Source of the DNA: Gnetum montanum
Lineage: Eukaryota > Plantae > Gnetophyta
Assembly (NCBI GenBank): GCA_015680685.1
Contig: MNCI01002454.1
Coordinates: 37,612-101,611, forward strand
DNA length: 64,000 bases
Reading direction: 5' to 3'
Made by a program: the position numbers and the translations under genes. Positions 1 through 12,425 of the stretch are shown here, piece by piece. Every line of letters begins with the position of its first letter. The stretch's first letter is position 1. The notes under the pieces were generated by a model. That model worked only from the letters and a program-made list of their open reading frames with translations. It was not told where the DNA came from and did no database searches.

Positions 1-498
1 AGACACTCCATATCCACACCATCCTCCTAATCCAACCGCACCTCAAGATGGGCAATGTTGAGGTTGTAAAAAATTTTCTTTATCAATGTCACATGATCTT
101 GGGGATACCTTGGGATGTTAGGAAGGGGTTAGAAGTGGTTTGAATCAAATTAAAAAAAATTTCATATTTTTTTCTAAGTGTTTCCCTACAGTCATTTTGG
201 TGCTAAGTGTGAAATTTGATGGAATGTTGGTTATAGTCTTACGTCATGTGTTGAAATATTTTGTAAGTGTAGAATTATTCATGAAAGTTGATAATTTAGT
301 TTTATACTATGTTTTTTACATTTTAGTCCTAAACTGTCAATTCCATGTTTTTATTTTTAATATGTCATTATTACAGTTTTAGTTCTAAATTGTCATTTCA
401 TTTAGATTTTGTCTAAGTATTGTTTTTCTATGTTTAATGGTTATAAGGATTTGGTTTTTAGTTTGCATGGTTATAATTGTTATGGTTGAATGTTTCAG

Positions 499-3400
499 GA
501 TCTTTCTAAAGTCTATTCTAATGGTGATAGAGATGGTGGGGCCTATTATGTTGCATTGACATGCTAACACATAAGTTTCTGATCCCTAACCTGGAGTAGG
601 GTCAATGTAGGATATGGTTTAGGAAGCATGCCTCAGATTTCCTAGCCTATCTACTTTAGAACTATAGTGTGATAGTTTGGTCACACTTGAAGTTCAAGAC
701 AGTAGCAATGATAGTGGAGACCATCATGCCCAAATCCTCCAATTTAATTGTAAAGTTTATTATGGATAAACTGGATGCTTGTGCAGGAGGGAAGATCCAT
801 GATGACATGACAATCATGGATCCTTGTAAACTATTGTGAATTTGGGAGATTCCCAAATTTGGACAAGATAACCTAAACAATATCTTGATTATTGGTCATT
901 GTGCTCATACATGGTTCCAAAACCCTCCTAGAAGTATCTATCACATAGAAGGGTAAGTAGTATTGTTATCTTGTTTATTTTTTGTTGTTGTGCATTCTAT
1001 ATTATAACTATGTTTGGTCTATTTTTTTACGTGCTTGTAAGTTCAAGATGGATGATCAAGGCTAAATCAAGATTGATAACCTTTTGCTCCTAGCTCATAC
1101 AACTCTGGAGGTGTTCACTAAAAGCCCAAACATGAGGCTTGTGGTGTTGGAGCAATTTCATGGGGACCTTGAGTGTACCATTGGGAATCACCCTAAGGCC
1201 TACAAGAGATGTCTAGAAAATGGGAGCATAGATAGTTGGTGAACCAACCTATCTCTTAATGATTTAGAATTGGACCCACAACCTAGGGCTCCTATGATGC
1301 CTAATTCATATAGGTGAAGTAAGTGTTATTAATTTGTTGATTTTATACTAACATTTTTCTAGTTATATGGTTATTAGGCTATTTTGGTTTTTTTCTGTTT
1401 ATGTACTTTGTTGCACCTATGCAAAGGCTAATGAGTTACCTTTTGGCTATTTTGTAGTGGTCCCTCCATCTTCTAAAGTTTAGTCATCACTTCAAGATGT
1501 ATGGAGGAGACCTTGATCCTTAAGTTTGATTAGGTGGAATCCTCACAAGATTGGTTGTCAAATCAAGCACCTAATGCTATACATGTGAGCGTCATCCATG
1601 TGGGCCAATTTTACCTCTTCATGGTCCCAAGCTTGATCATTTCCACCACATAAATGTTAAAATTTTTTAACTCCTTAAACCAATGAGTTCAAAGGTTCAT
1701 CACCCATGTTCATGGTGTGACTTTTATTTTGGACATTAACACATCCACATTCAATAACCTCTTCAGTATCTTGAATGATGGTGTATTAGTTATTGTCAAG
1801 CAGGGAAAGAAGTGGATCACTAGAAAGAAGTGGTAGAGTGGTTTAACACTCATTAAGGTAGCAAGGGATACCCTCTAAGAGATATCAAATCATCATTGAT
1901 TAAGAAGATGTATCCTTTGTTTCAATCCTAGGCATTTCCTAAGTTATTATCACAGGGAAAGATATTGGATGTGGAACAAGATTAGACCATGAAGTAGGTA
2001 CTCATTGAGGGAACCTAATTCAACTAGGCCACACACTTGGCTTTTGGACTTCAATTAGAGGTCTAAAAACTTAGTCAAAACCTCACTACAAAGTGCCATG
2101 TGCATTTTGCACTCTTTGTAGCTTACTTGTAGAGGTTTTTGGAGTTTTTGATGGTGAGAAAGGATGGATGATGGGTTTTCCAGGATCCATTCCAATTTAA
2201 CAAGCCCTAGGTGAAGCTTCTTACTCCAACCACTAGAAGTTGCAGATGAATCTTTATCTATCATCACCAAGGATCTTGATGGAAAATGTTGTAGATCTCT
2301 TGATAGCACTAGGGCTGAGCCTCTTACCATACCAACTAGCATCAAAAAGATTTAGAGGTTATGTGTAGAGTTTGAGGGTACAACTAGGGAGAAACTTAAG
2401 AGGCCTTCAATTGCATAGCTAGTGCCAGTGGTTTAGGAACCTCCCAAGAAAAATATGATTATCAACTTAGAGGAATGTAGACTAAAATCAAAAGTATGCA
2501 TTTTGTTGATTATTTGCTTTATTGTTACTTTGCTCAAATGCTATCGTTAATTTGTGATTTTGTATGATGTGCTACATTACTTTATGTTTCATGGTTGATG
2601 CCTCTTGCAAATAAGCAATAGGAGTAGGAGGCTCTATAGTGGTAGCAACCACTACTGAAGAGGGAAGAGGAGAGAATACATTAAGAGGATGAGGAGATGA
2701 GGCATTGGGAGGAAGAGATATTGAAGCATTATGAGGATGTCATGTTGGAGAATGATGCCTTACCTCCTTTTCCTCCTATGGGCCATAGTGAGGCCATGCT
2801 AGAGGATCCACAAATGAGTGAACCTCCTATTGCCACATCATAGGAACTTTCAAGTACTTGTAATTTTCAATTCTAGGTGTTTGTACATGTTATGTTCCAT
2901 TGATTCTTGTTTAGGAATGGCCATGATCATTGGATTATTTATTGCACTTGTTATAGCTAAAGAGCCATAGGAAGAAGCATCCACTTCTACCTTTCCCATG
3001 CAACCATGGGTGGAAATCCCTAATAAACTAAAGTTCATATGGGGTGTAGCTGAAGATATGATCAGCTGGTTACAATAGATAGCTCCTAAGATCAGTAAGA
3101 GTTTCAACTCATTTTTTATTTTATGTGTTTCATCTATTACTTCATTTTCTTGGTGATGTAGTTATCATTGTTAACTAGTTTCATTTTATTCATTATAGTG
3201 CCTAGCCTAAGATGGGATCCTGAAAAACTAGTAAAGGTCAATGTGTTGTCTTTCTTACCTTTAAATATAGAGAGTGTCCCACATAAACTGTATGATCATG
3301 CAATTGGATGTCCACTTTCATGTGTCAAGTCTCTATGGGAATGTAGATGCTCTAATGAGTTCCTATGGGAACAAGTCATAGCATTAGGAAATGAGAACAA

Positions 3401-4215
3401 AAAATTAAAAGAGGTAACAGACCTTAGGGACCACAAAAACTTCATAGAGGATCAAGTAAGTAAAAAAAATCTTTGCACACTTATGAGATACTCTAGTCTC
3501 ACTACTAGAATGCACTCCAAAGTAAGGTTCCCATTGCTAGAGAAATCATGCAGCAAAAGCTTCGAATTACTCTCATCAATTGCAAGGTTGGTGAGTGGAA
3601 GGACTACTATGCTTGGATTCTTGAGTGGGGTCATAAACAAAAGAACCATAAGAGGATCTATAAGGTTGAGCAAGATGCTCATCTTAAGTGGCTATAGGAA
3701 GAGTCTACTAAGTAGTAGAAGCTAGAGCTATTTTTGATGGGAATTAATGTGACAAATTTCTATAAGATATTTGCTAACAATATGATTGTAGCTATTTCTC
3801 CCACTTGTCAAATTACTACTACCTCACAAGAGGAAACTTCAACCACATTTTACATGAGCCTCCTTCATGGACCAATGTTAACAAGATTAACATCCTTATG
3901 GGTCTTGATCTTAGGTACATGGATTAGATCCACTTGTTTGAAGATGAACTCCTCCACCATCTAGAGGTTGGTTTCCAAAATTTCCCCACAAAACATATAA
4001 CTTCTGAACCATCTCAAGCTAGTTCATTTAATTTTAATTTCATTAATTTTTATTTTGATGTTTGTTTATTGATAATCAATTCCAATATTTGCTTCATTAG
4101 CATTTCTAATAGTGGGGATAGAGATGATGATCCACCCCCTTTTCCCAAATGCTCCATAGTTGCTTCTTTTATGCCCATTTCAGCTAATGTCACTTTCAAT
4201 GTTGATTCTATATGA
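499..4215 (+). pseudogene. Antisense multi-exon accessory gene of T1 (exon 2 onward); distant Transposase_32/PMD-like domain + acidic tract + coiled coil
   Basis: Acceptor tttcag|498; introns 953-1040 (gtaagt; AG decayed to AA), 1319-1457, 2494-2610, 2854-2956, 3095-3198, ~4019-4100. Exons translate to peptides matching the T2 copy (e.g. FKMDDQG*IKIDNLLLLAHTTLEVF vs YKVNEQGLIKNDQTLVVAQTTLNVF; ORF 3168-3725 vs 23624-23900). Domain assignment is by-eye motif resemblance only. Confidence 0.8.
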
Positions 4216-4504
4216 CTAGTGTTAGCCAAAATGGTTTATCATTTTGTTGTTTGGACATCTTTGCCAAATTATGTGGCCATGGTTATGTTGTTATGGATAT
4301 TTTTATTTTTTATTTCTGGCTATAATGTTCTAGAGTTATGATTTTCTTTATGTTGCGATGCTACTTTATGATCTATGTTCTAAGGCTACATTTACTAAAT
4401 GCGATAGAAAGTTGAAATGGCTAAGAAATAAAGTTGTCGGCATAAATGGAAATGAGTTATAATGGTTTTTTACTAGTTTTATACCATGGATGACTATGCA
4501 ATAT

Positions 4505-4595
4505 TTGCTAGTTTAAGGTCATGGCAGGTCGTGTGGTATTTGCCAATTTAAGGCCATGATAGGCCACAATGCTAGTTTAAGGTCTTAGTAGACCG
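4505..4595. repeat. ~30-bp degenerate tandem motif (tttaaggcc-tgg-agacc), ~3 copies
   Basis: Same motif as 12245-12392, ~15915, ~16218 and ~24960. Confidence 0.6.
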
Positions 4596-4751
4596 TAGAT
4601 AATGTAAAAGCAAAAGTTTTTCTATTAAGAAAAATCAAAAGAAAAATAATTTATACTAATAAGTAAATTATAAACCAAGCTATTAGGCTATGATTGTTAT
4701 AAAGTCACATGGCTACAAACGCATAGGGTATGAGAAGAATTAGGAGCTTGT

Positions 4752-7700
4752 ATCACTTGTGCTAATGTTTCCTAATCTTTGAGAGATTAGGAAAAGTGTA
4801 TGATTTTTTTTGCATAATCTTATATTCTCCATTACCTTCACTAACTATTTTGAAGAGTATTTCTCCCCATGGCACATCCATGGGTTCATCGATATTTTTT
4901 TTTGTTTCTTTGGTTATGTCATTTTCTTTGATTTCATGGCCAAAAGTAGGATTTTCTTCTTGAAACCCCGCTTCCAACCCTTGTGCTACATCGATGTTTT
5001 TAACAGCTAAGGGAACCATGCTTTTTCCATGGATAACAATTTCACCTCCCTTATAAGGTAGGTGGATTTCTTAATGAATAGGTGAAGACACAACTTGCAA
5101 CTGGGCCAACCAAGGTATTCCTAGGATGAGGTCAAATCCTAGTGTTTCTTCTACCATGAAGAAAATTTCCATTGTGGGGAATCACTCCCTTACCATGAAA
5201 TCTAAAGAAATGGTAGCTTGGACTACAACTAGTGATTTGTTAAAGGATTTAAGGACTATAGTCAAGGTACATTGCATTCATTCAATCAGGTCAAGGTGTT
5301 CAATGATGGTATAGGATATGACATTGGTTGTAAATCTATCATCTACATGTACTCTATGTACTTTATATTGGCCAACACATATGGTTATAAAAAGAGGTGC
5401 CTTGGTTACTATGCCATTTTGGGGGCTTGTTTTGATTTTGCTATTGTGAAAAACTAGTGATGTTGACTTCAATTCCTTGGGTGAAGAGGGCACCATGACT
5501 ACATGGATGGACTCTTCATTAGCAAGGATGTCCTTGCTTACAAGAATGGATGTAAACATCTTGACTAGTGCCTCATGATGGGTAGCAGAAGTCATGACTA
5601 GGGAAAAATTGTGTTCTTTTGTTTGAGTGATTATTTAACCTATTCCATTACATTAAAGAAATCCTTATTATTGGTTATTGATTTTTTGTGTCTGACTTCC
5701 TCCATACATTCCAAAAGATGAACTTCATGTTTTAGTTGTTGTTGTGACATGGCCTCTAGGTTTTTCTCTTTAGGTTTTGGTTCTCCATGTGGTTCACTTG
5801 TTGAAGTAGCTTGGGTTGTGGAGGTCATGTGAATAGATGAAATGGGAGTGGGCTTTGATGGGTCCACTTTCTTTCCTCACTTAGTTTGCTTATCAACCTT
5901 GTTCTTGGCCTTCTATGTAGCCTTCTTCCATTGTTTGGTTGGGGATTTCTTGCTATCCGTAGTTGGTTATGAGGAAGAAGATGTTGCATGAGCCACCATA
6001 AGGGATTATTTTACTATTAGAATAGGTTGTGTTGTAGAGGATTGGGGCACCCTAATCACAAAGGGTTCTTTGGGAAGCATTGGTGATAGTACCCTTACAA
6101 CAAAGGGGGACCTTTTAATGGAAGCTAAAAGGCTCCTTTTGTTGCAAGGAGGCACCCTAATCACAAACAACTACCTTGTAGGCCTTTGATCGTTGTGGAT
6201 GTCAAATGATGCTATGGTGTACAAGCTATCATTAGCATTTAGGGGATCCTTGTATATGTCCATAGACTAGTTTTGAGGCCTAACAAGGGTGGATGTGTCT
6301 AATACCAATTTATTCCTAAATGTGATGTAGAAATTAGTATCATGACCTAGCAACTAATGATAATGATAAAAGAAATTGATCCTAAAGTATTTGGGTAGTG
6401 GAGGGTCATTTTGGTTGCTTCAGTGGGGTCTTTCACTATTTCACATAACCTATCATACATCTTACCAACATTCTTGGTCATCTATTTGTACTAGATTCTA
6501 CTACTATTTAGTAGTTGGTCTAACAACTTTGATGGCTTAAGGGGTAATTTGGTATAGTTGGATCAATCTTTCTATGTGAAGTTAGGCCTAAAGGTAGTTG
6601 ATGCAATGGCCCTAGAGGTTGATTGTTGTTTGTCATTTTTGGTAGCATGGGCTTTAGATTGGTTATTCTTTGGCCCTTGGTTGGTTGGATTAGTTTCTTT
6701 TTTCATAGTTGTTATGGCCATATTGTTTTGCATACCCTTTTCCTTGTCTTTCCACACATGTTGGTTTTTATATGCCATGTAAGCAGAATCATGGATAGCT
6801 TCAGTGGCATACTGTATGTTCTTAGTTAGGGAAAAGGCTTGACTAAGGGACTGTGAATCTAGATAATATAATTTCAATTTCATAAAATCATTAATCACTC
6901 TAAAAATAGCTAAAAGGTGAGTTACAGCTATTGGCTCTGGTATCTCATTGAGTAGAGTGTTTCATTATTGGATGAAATTTTGCACTAACTCTAAGGGTCC
7001 TTGCTTAACCTTCATCAGTTGGTCAAGTGTGGTAATGGGTTGTAAGTTATACTCTAAATGGTTAATGAATTGTGAAATGAGTTTGTCCAAGGAGGATAGG
7101 GATCCCCTTAGCAAGGCACAGTACTAGTCCAAATCTTTTTCTACTAAAGATATAGGGAAAATTCACATAATTGTATGCAACCATGCTTGCAATAGTAAGC
7201 ACTTGGAGTAGAAGATGATTAGATGTACATTTGGATCACCTTCATCATTGTACTTGGTGAATTGTGGGATAGGGATACTTTGGGGGGGGGTGTTGCGGGG
7301 GCAAGAGTTAATGATGGGACCGTAGGGCTTATGGGATCATCTTAATAGAAGTCTATAATTTTTACTATCTAGGCTTTAAGTTTTCTTAACTCTTTAGTCA
7401 AGTCCTAGATCATTTAAAAAGCTTGATCCAAGCCTTGGGGGTGCTCTTATTAATTATGGGCTTTGGACAAAAGGTTGAGGCATATGTTGGGAGGCTTGTG
7501 GCCTTGCTATCTACTATATGATGAAAGGGAGCAATTGCATCATGGTTGTAGTTTGTGGGCCAAATAAGAAAACAATTTTTGTGCTAGTATCTAAGGCACA
7601 AATGGAACAAAAGGGTTATGTGATCCCTAAGTTGCATGGGATCCCCTTATGGGCCTCATCTGGGTGATAATGGGATTAGTGATAGTAATAGCCACTGAGG

Positions 7701-8150
7701 ATGGCTACAAAATCTAAGGCTATGTAACAAATGACATCAAAAGTGGAAGGTCATGGGTTGTGGCACCAAGTGTGCTTGTTGTATGACTATAATGAGGGTG
7801 GAAGTAACTTTAGTATAGTAGAAGGGGGTAGAAGATGGTGGCACCATGCCCATGAAGAAGACAAAGGCATGAAGGGAAGGCTTGATTGCTTTGGAGGTTA
7901 CTTGTTGGAACAATCCTCCCAAGAGGTTTTAGGGCTTAGATTCTACCTTAAACTCATCCTCTTCTTCCAGTTACTCTTCTGAGCTATGCTTATCATCCTC
8001 CTCCTCCATCTTAATCAATTGAGCTAGGATGCTAGCATAGATGTCATTGAGGGAAATTTGGTTATATGAGGAAGGGATATACTCTTTCCCACTCAAGTGT
8101 ATGAGCTCAAACTCTCTCTTGGCTTCTACTTCTAGACTTTGAATCAACAT
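4752..8150 (-). pseudogene. gag: T1 gag-protease ORF (stops/frameshifts), ends without RT
   Basis: FTKYNDEGDPNVHL retrotrans-gag motif (~7220-7260); protease KVHRVHVDDRFTTNVISYTII (ORF 5278-5595); C-terminus ...SYTFPNLSKIRKH (ORF 4762-5019). Confidence 0.85.
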
Positions 8151-8489
8151 GCCAACCTACATCTTAGCACAAATGTAGTTGTATCAATCTTCATTTATAG
8201 CCAAGAAGTCAAGACCTTTTTCCCTAACACTCAAAGATTGCCTACACTCTATGATAGTAGGGTCCTTAGGGTTGTACACCCTCATGAATTATTGGTTAGA
8301 CCCACCATTAGTAAGTGTGTAAGGAAATTTGGTTGATTTTTGGAAAGACATGTTGTAAGTAATTCTTTTTGATATTTTTACTATTTTTAGCACAAATGTA
8401 GTAAGCATGATAAACTAGTATCATAGTAGGCTAAAAATGGAGAGCCAATGGAAAATGGCTACTAAGAAAAAATGGGTGTCATAGTAGGA

Positions 8490-8925
8490 ATGAAGTTTAA
8501 TAGAATGACATTGAATGGAATGGGGTTTAATAAAATGACATTGAACAGAATGGGGTTCAATGGAATGGGGTCCAACAAAATGGTGTTGAATGGAATGGGT
8601 TTAAATAGTAGTTTGTCCACTACTGTTAGCGTAGTTAGCCAACTAGTCCACCAACTACTATCAACATAGTTTGCCAACTACTATCAGCATAGTCAGTGAG
8701 CTACTTCCAACATAGTTGCCAACTACAATCAACACTTGACAAGAAAATGGGCTTTAATGGAATGGGTATTATAGCAACAAAATCCAATAGAATGGATGTT
8801 GTAGTAGATGGAAAAATTGCAGCAAAATCCAACTGAATGGGTTTGTAATAGATGGAAAAATTACAACAAAACCCAATAGAATGGATTTTGTAGTAGATGG
8901 GAAAATTGTAGCAAAACCTAACTCT
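8490..8925. repeat. Short tandem repeats in T1 5' leader (15-bp aatggaatggggttt units; cagcgtagt-type units 8615-8735; ~44-bp unit x3 at 8779-8920)
   Basis: Directly visible periodicity; gives the repetitive spurious ORFs 8462-8677 and 8472-8669. Confidence 0.8.
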
Positions 8926-9001
8926 ATTGAATTTCTACACAAAGGCTTGGTGTTGGAAAAAACTACTAAAATGAGTTTATGGGCAAGAATTTGGATAGAG
9001 G

Positions 9002-9018
9002 CTCTCCATCTAGCATTA
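9002..9018 (-). promoter_or_regulatory. T1 primer-binding site, tRNA-Asn type (decayed)
   Basis: + strand ctctccatctagcatta vs ccctccttctagcgcca (3' end of plant tRNA-Asn plus CCA), 12/17 match; flank homologous to T2 PBS context; LTR terminus tgttg at 9025. Confidence 0.65.
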
Positions 9019-9377
9019 AAAAACTGTTGATGTTGGAAATCTTAGTTGATGGAATGGGAAATTAGAAAATCCTACCGCCAATATGCTCAACTAAAAGCAT
9101 ATGGTCTTCCCCATGATTGAGTTTTGCATAGAAGATGTTAAAAATGGATTTAGAAATGATAGTAATTGAATCGATTAAGGCATTAACCTTTGGATGGGGA
9201 GGTGATCCACATGCATGGGAGGGGGTTATAGAATGTCATGGACCTTTTTACTAGGTCCATTCCTAGGACGAGGAGTGGGCAAGTATTGTGGTTGGTTTCT
9301 TCATGCTTGGGTATGAGTGTTGGCAGATATTGCGAAATCAGAGCCACCACTAATGGCTCTACGAGATTGAATGATCC

Positions 9378-9675
9378 CATCTAAAAATGATATTGGTTGA
9401 TTTCGTGCGAATGGTAGTGTTGATTTGGTGCAGTTGAGATGGCAGAGCATCTAACGTACAATTATATTTTATTTCCAAGACTTCAATAGAAAAATGAGTA
9501 GAGTTTATCCTCGATTTTTATCCTTGTTTTTAACAAAAGAATTTATTAGTTTGGAATCACAGCACAGCGCTGTCAAAGCCGTTGATCTCTGCCCATCTCT
9601 GCAACAAGCAAGTAGCAACAACTATGTTGAAATGGCATAAGATTAATCTAAACCACTCAATTTCTCTTTTGATAT
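9378..9675. mobile_element. Possible MITE-like insert with imperfect inverted repeats
   Basis: gagatggcagagcatctaacg (~9436-9456) vs cgttgatctctgcccatctc (~9580-9599); segment absent from the T2 LTR and richer in CpG than its surroundings; no TSD identified. Confidence 0.35.
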
Positions 9676-10711
9676 ATTATTATGCTCTTTGGATATTAAA
9701 AACATAGGGCCTAATTTTAATCCCAAGGACCTCCAGAATTTAGAACTTAGGGTATCCTAGATGGTCTTGTTGATCACCTAGGGATTTACGAAGTGTAAAA
9801 ATAGAAGTACTCTTAAAATTGTAAATGTAAATGAAAATTTAGGTAAAAATGACCTACTAAAGATGGCCTACTGGAAACATAAACAAAAAATGGCCTATTG
9901 AGAATGACAATGGAAAATAAAATTACAGTTACAGAAATAAACTTGGAAAGAGAAACGAAATCCAAAATTTACACAATGTAAACCAACAAATTTATAAAAG
10001 AATATAAAAGAGGTTGAGATCACAATATACAATATTTGCCAAGGGCATAGGAAGTTACTTGCCAAAGCTTGAAATCTATTGGAGAAGGCTACCTCCATGA
10101 TCCAATTTCTTCCCAACTTTGGTCTACTACAACCTTTCATCAATTTTCACTGAATCAGCTACATGGAAATGGGATTGGGATTGCACATTTGGGAAAATGG
10201 AAACTACATGGAATTTTTTGTGCCCAATGTAGTCCTAGTTCCAACCATTGAAAGGCACTACCAAGTGAGGATGTAATGGGTGTAATGGATTTTGATCGTT
10301 GTCAATGAAGATGGAAATGGGATAGGATCTATACTTTCAATGATAATGAAAACTATGTAGAGATGTTTACTCCTAGTGTAGTTCTAGTTTCAACTACTAT
10401 AAATGTAGATCTCTTACAAATAGGTATAATGGATGATGGATGTGATTACTAGAAAATGGGAGAAGTGGTATTTTCTAAAACATGGTCTTGAAATGCCAAG
10501 TGACAAAATGCTCATAGTACTAAAAGCTTGAGTAGGTGTGAATGTTAAAGAATGCCAAAAGTTGGAACTAGTGCATGTGCTGCTAAAAAATGAGAAAATT
10601 CAAACCCTCAAAATAATGTTAACATTGGGCTTTATAGCTTAGAGTTGCCATTTTTAGGCCTATCATTGATTGCCATTGATTCCTAACAAATTGGCATTGA
10701 TTATGGGTTGT

Positions 10712-11008
10712 AACAGCTACCACTACTGGCATAGTTAAGTAACTACTACCTAGTGTAGTCAAGAAACTACTAACTACAACTACTACCCAACGTACTCAGC
10801 CAACTACTACTAGCATAGTTAGTCAACTACTACTTAGTGTAGTCAGCCAACTACTACCAGCATAGTCAACCAACTACTACTTAGCATAGTCAAGCAACTA
10901 CTACTAGCATAGTTAGTCAACTAATACTAGTGTAGTTGGTCAATTACTGCTTAGTGTAGTCATCCCACTATTGCTTAGCATAGTTAGCCAACTACTACCA
11001 ACATAGTT
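10712..11008. repeat. Tandem array of 23-24-bp unit caactactac(c)cagcgtagtcagc (~12 copies) in T1 LTR
   Basis: Visible units with variants tagcatagt/tagtgtagt/cagcatagt/aacgtact, consistent with CG/CHG deamination of CAGCGTAGT. Confidence 0.85.
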
Positions 11009-11637
11009 TGTATTTATGGTAAGTCCAAAATGGACTACATCCATAAAACCCATTCATTTACTATACATAGTAAATAGGCTTTGTGACAATGCTAAAGGAT
11101 TTTGAAATGGGAAATGGGAAAGTATTGGAAATGCAAAGATGAATAAAAACTACAGAAATGGTGGAACCTTTTGGAAAGTGTCATGCCTAGTGAAGACTAA
11201 TGTATGGTTGTTGCTAACTTGGGATGCATGTGTTGGATGTTGTTGGAGAAATGGCCATCCCAACAATGGCAATGTTGCATCTTTGCCTAGTCTTGATGAT
11301 GACTATGCTAGCTACTATAGCTATTGTGCCTACTAAAAATGGCTCTAGCATAGTTTGGGCTATACCTCTTGAAAAAATCATGAAAAATATCATTTTTAGC
11401 CATGCCAAAAGCATTTTCAACCTTCCCAAGCCTAGTTATGGATAATGGATACTTATTTCTAGTTGGGAAATGAGGCAATAACAACTTTTGAAGCATTTTC
11501 AGCCTCAAAAAGTTAAAATATGTAAGACTGTAGCTTATGTACTACATATCTTACATTTACAATTACACTTTGCCTCAAGCTAAAAAAAAGGGGGATTTGC
11601 AACATGAATTTTGGTGGTGTTTTAGTCTCCTAGCTGG

Positions 11638-11970
11638 CTTACCCCCTATAGGGTTTTGTTAGCATAGAAAAGTATATACCCCCATAAAACCCATCAAATC
11701 ATCATTTTTGGTATTCAAAAAGGAGTTTTTGATATCCCCCACCCCCAATAAGCCCAAATATAGATACTAGGTGACTCTTTTCACTTGGGAAAAGAGGATT
11801 TGACCATTTAGAAGGCATTTTTCAACCCCAAAAGTATGAAATATGTGAGATTTCCCCTTATGGATTACAATCTTCACATTTGTAATAAAATTTTGCCTCA
11901 ATTCTCATGGGGTGAAGGCTACATGATGAAAAATAGCCACAACATGTGAATTTTGGTGGTGTTTTAATTT
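11638..11970 (-). repeat. Fragment of T2 3' LTR
   Basis: Closely matches 44915-45225 (e.g. cacttggga...ggcattttt...aaagtat...tggattacaatcttcaca...acaacatgtgaattt); no clear PPT found. Confidence 0.6.
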
Positions 11971-12244
11971 AGTCATGTCAAATCACACCAAAGAGTGCGT
12001 GTGATGATGGGATAAGGCTATGATGAGATGATAATGAGGTTAGAGGGAAATGATTATGAGGGTTGACAATGCATTCTGACTTGCTACCATGATAAGTTGC
12101 ATCTTTATGATAACTCTAGGCATCATCTTGCAAGTACAACTTCAAGAGGACAAGAAAATCAAGAAAATAAAGCATGTTGTCATGTTACAATGCATAAGGC
12201 CACATAGAATGATGAATGAAACTAAGCTACCTAGGTCACCAACA

Positions 12245-12392
12245 TTGTTAATTTAAGGCCACGGTGGACCATGGTGCCAATTTAAGGCCTTGGCATGCTG
12301 TGGTGCCAATTTAAGGTCTTAGCGGACTATGGTTTCACATATTTTAGGCATTGGTAGGCCATCTTACCATTTTAAGGTCTTGGTAGATCATC
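12245..12392. repeat. ~29-30-bp tandem repeat (tgccaatttaaggccttggcagaccatgg-like), ~5 copies, just 3' of integrase
   Basis: Directly visible. Confidence 0.75.
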
Positions 12393-12425
12393 GATGTTGG
12401 CCATTGGCTATTGGTTCTAGCAGGT

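Larger units (their letters stand above)
1..11630 (-). mobile_element. Tat-lineage Ty3/Gypsy LTR retrotransposon copy T1, decayed, truncated by window start (5' LTR - PBS - gag-PR - antisense spliced gene)
   Basis: Colinear homology with T2 (41-4250 vs 20541-24640; 4755-8350 vs 25290-28930; LTR blocks vs 43758-45225); gag and protease motifs; tRNA-Asn-type PBS. Right boundary approximate. Confidence 0.85.
9025..11630 (-). repeat. T1 5' LTR (contains ~600 bp extra segment ~9070-9690 and a tandem array)
   Basis: Blocks 9025-9060, 9700-10040 and 11340-11630 align by eye to the T2 5' LTR (43758-45225); outer boundary not defined. Confidence 0.65.

Noticed and set aside
499-4215. Host gene or independent DNA-transposon gene
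   Set aside because: Same position and orientation relative to gag-PR in two diverged elements, no TIR/TSD seen, and decayed to the same degree as the element
8462-8677. Repetitive ORFs on both strands
   Set aside because: Translation artefacts of a 15-bp tandem repeat
9339-9350. Ogre-like tRNA-Arg PBS (tggtggctctg on -)
   Set aside because: Weak match inside the insert; the tRNA-Asn PBS at 9002-9018 is supported by homology to T2
11581-11605. aaaaaaaagggggatttgc resembling a + strand PPT/LTR start
   Set aside because: Lies inside a segment homologous to the minus-strand Tat LTR, and homology runs through it
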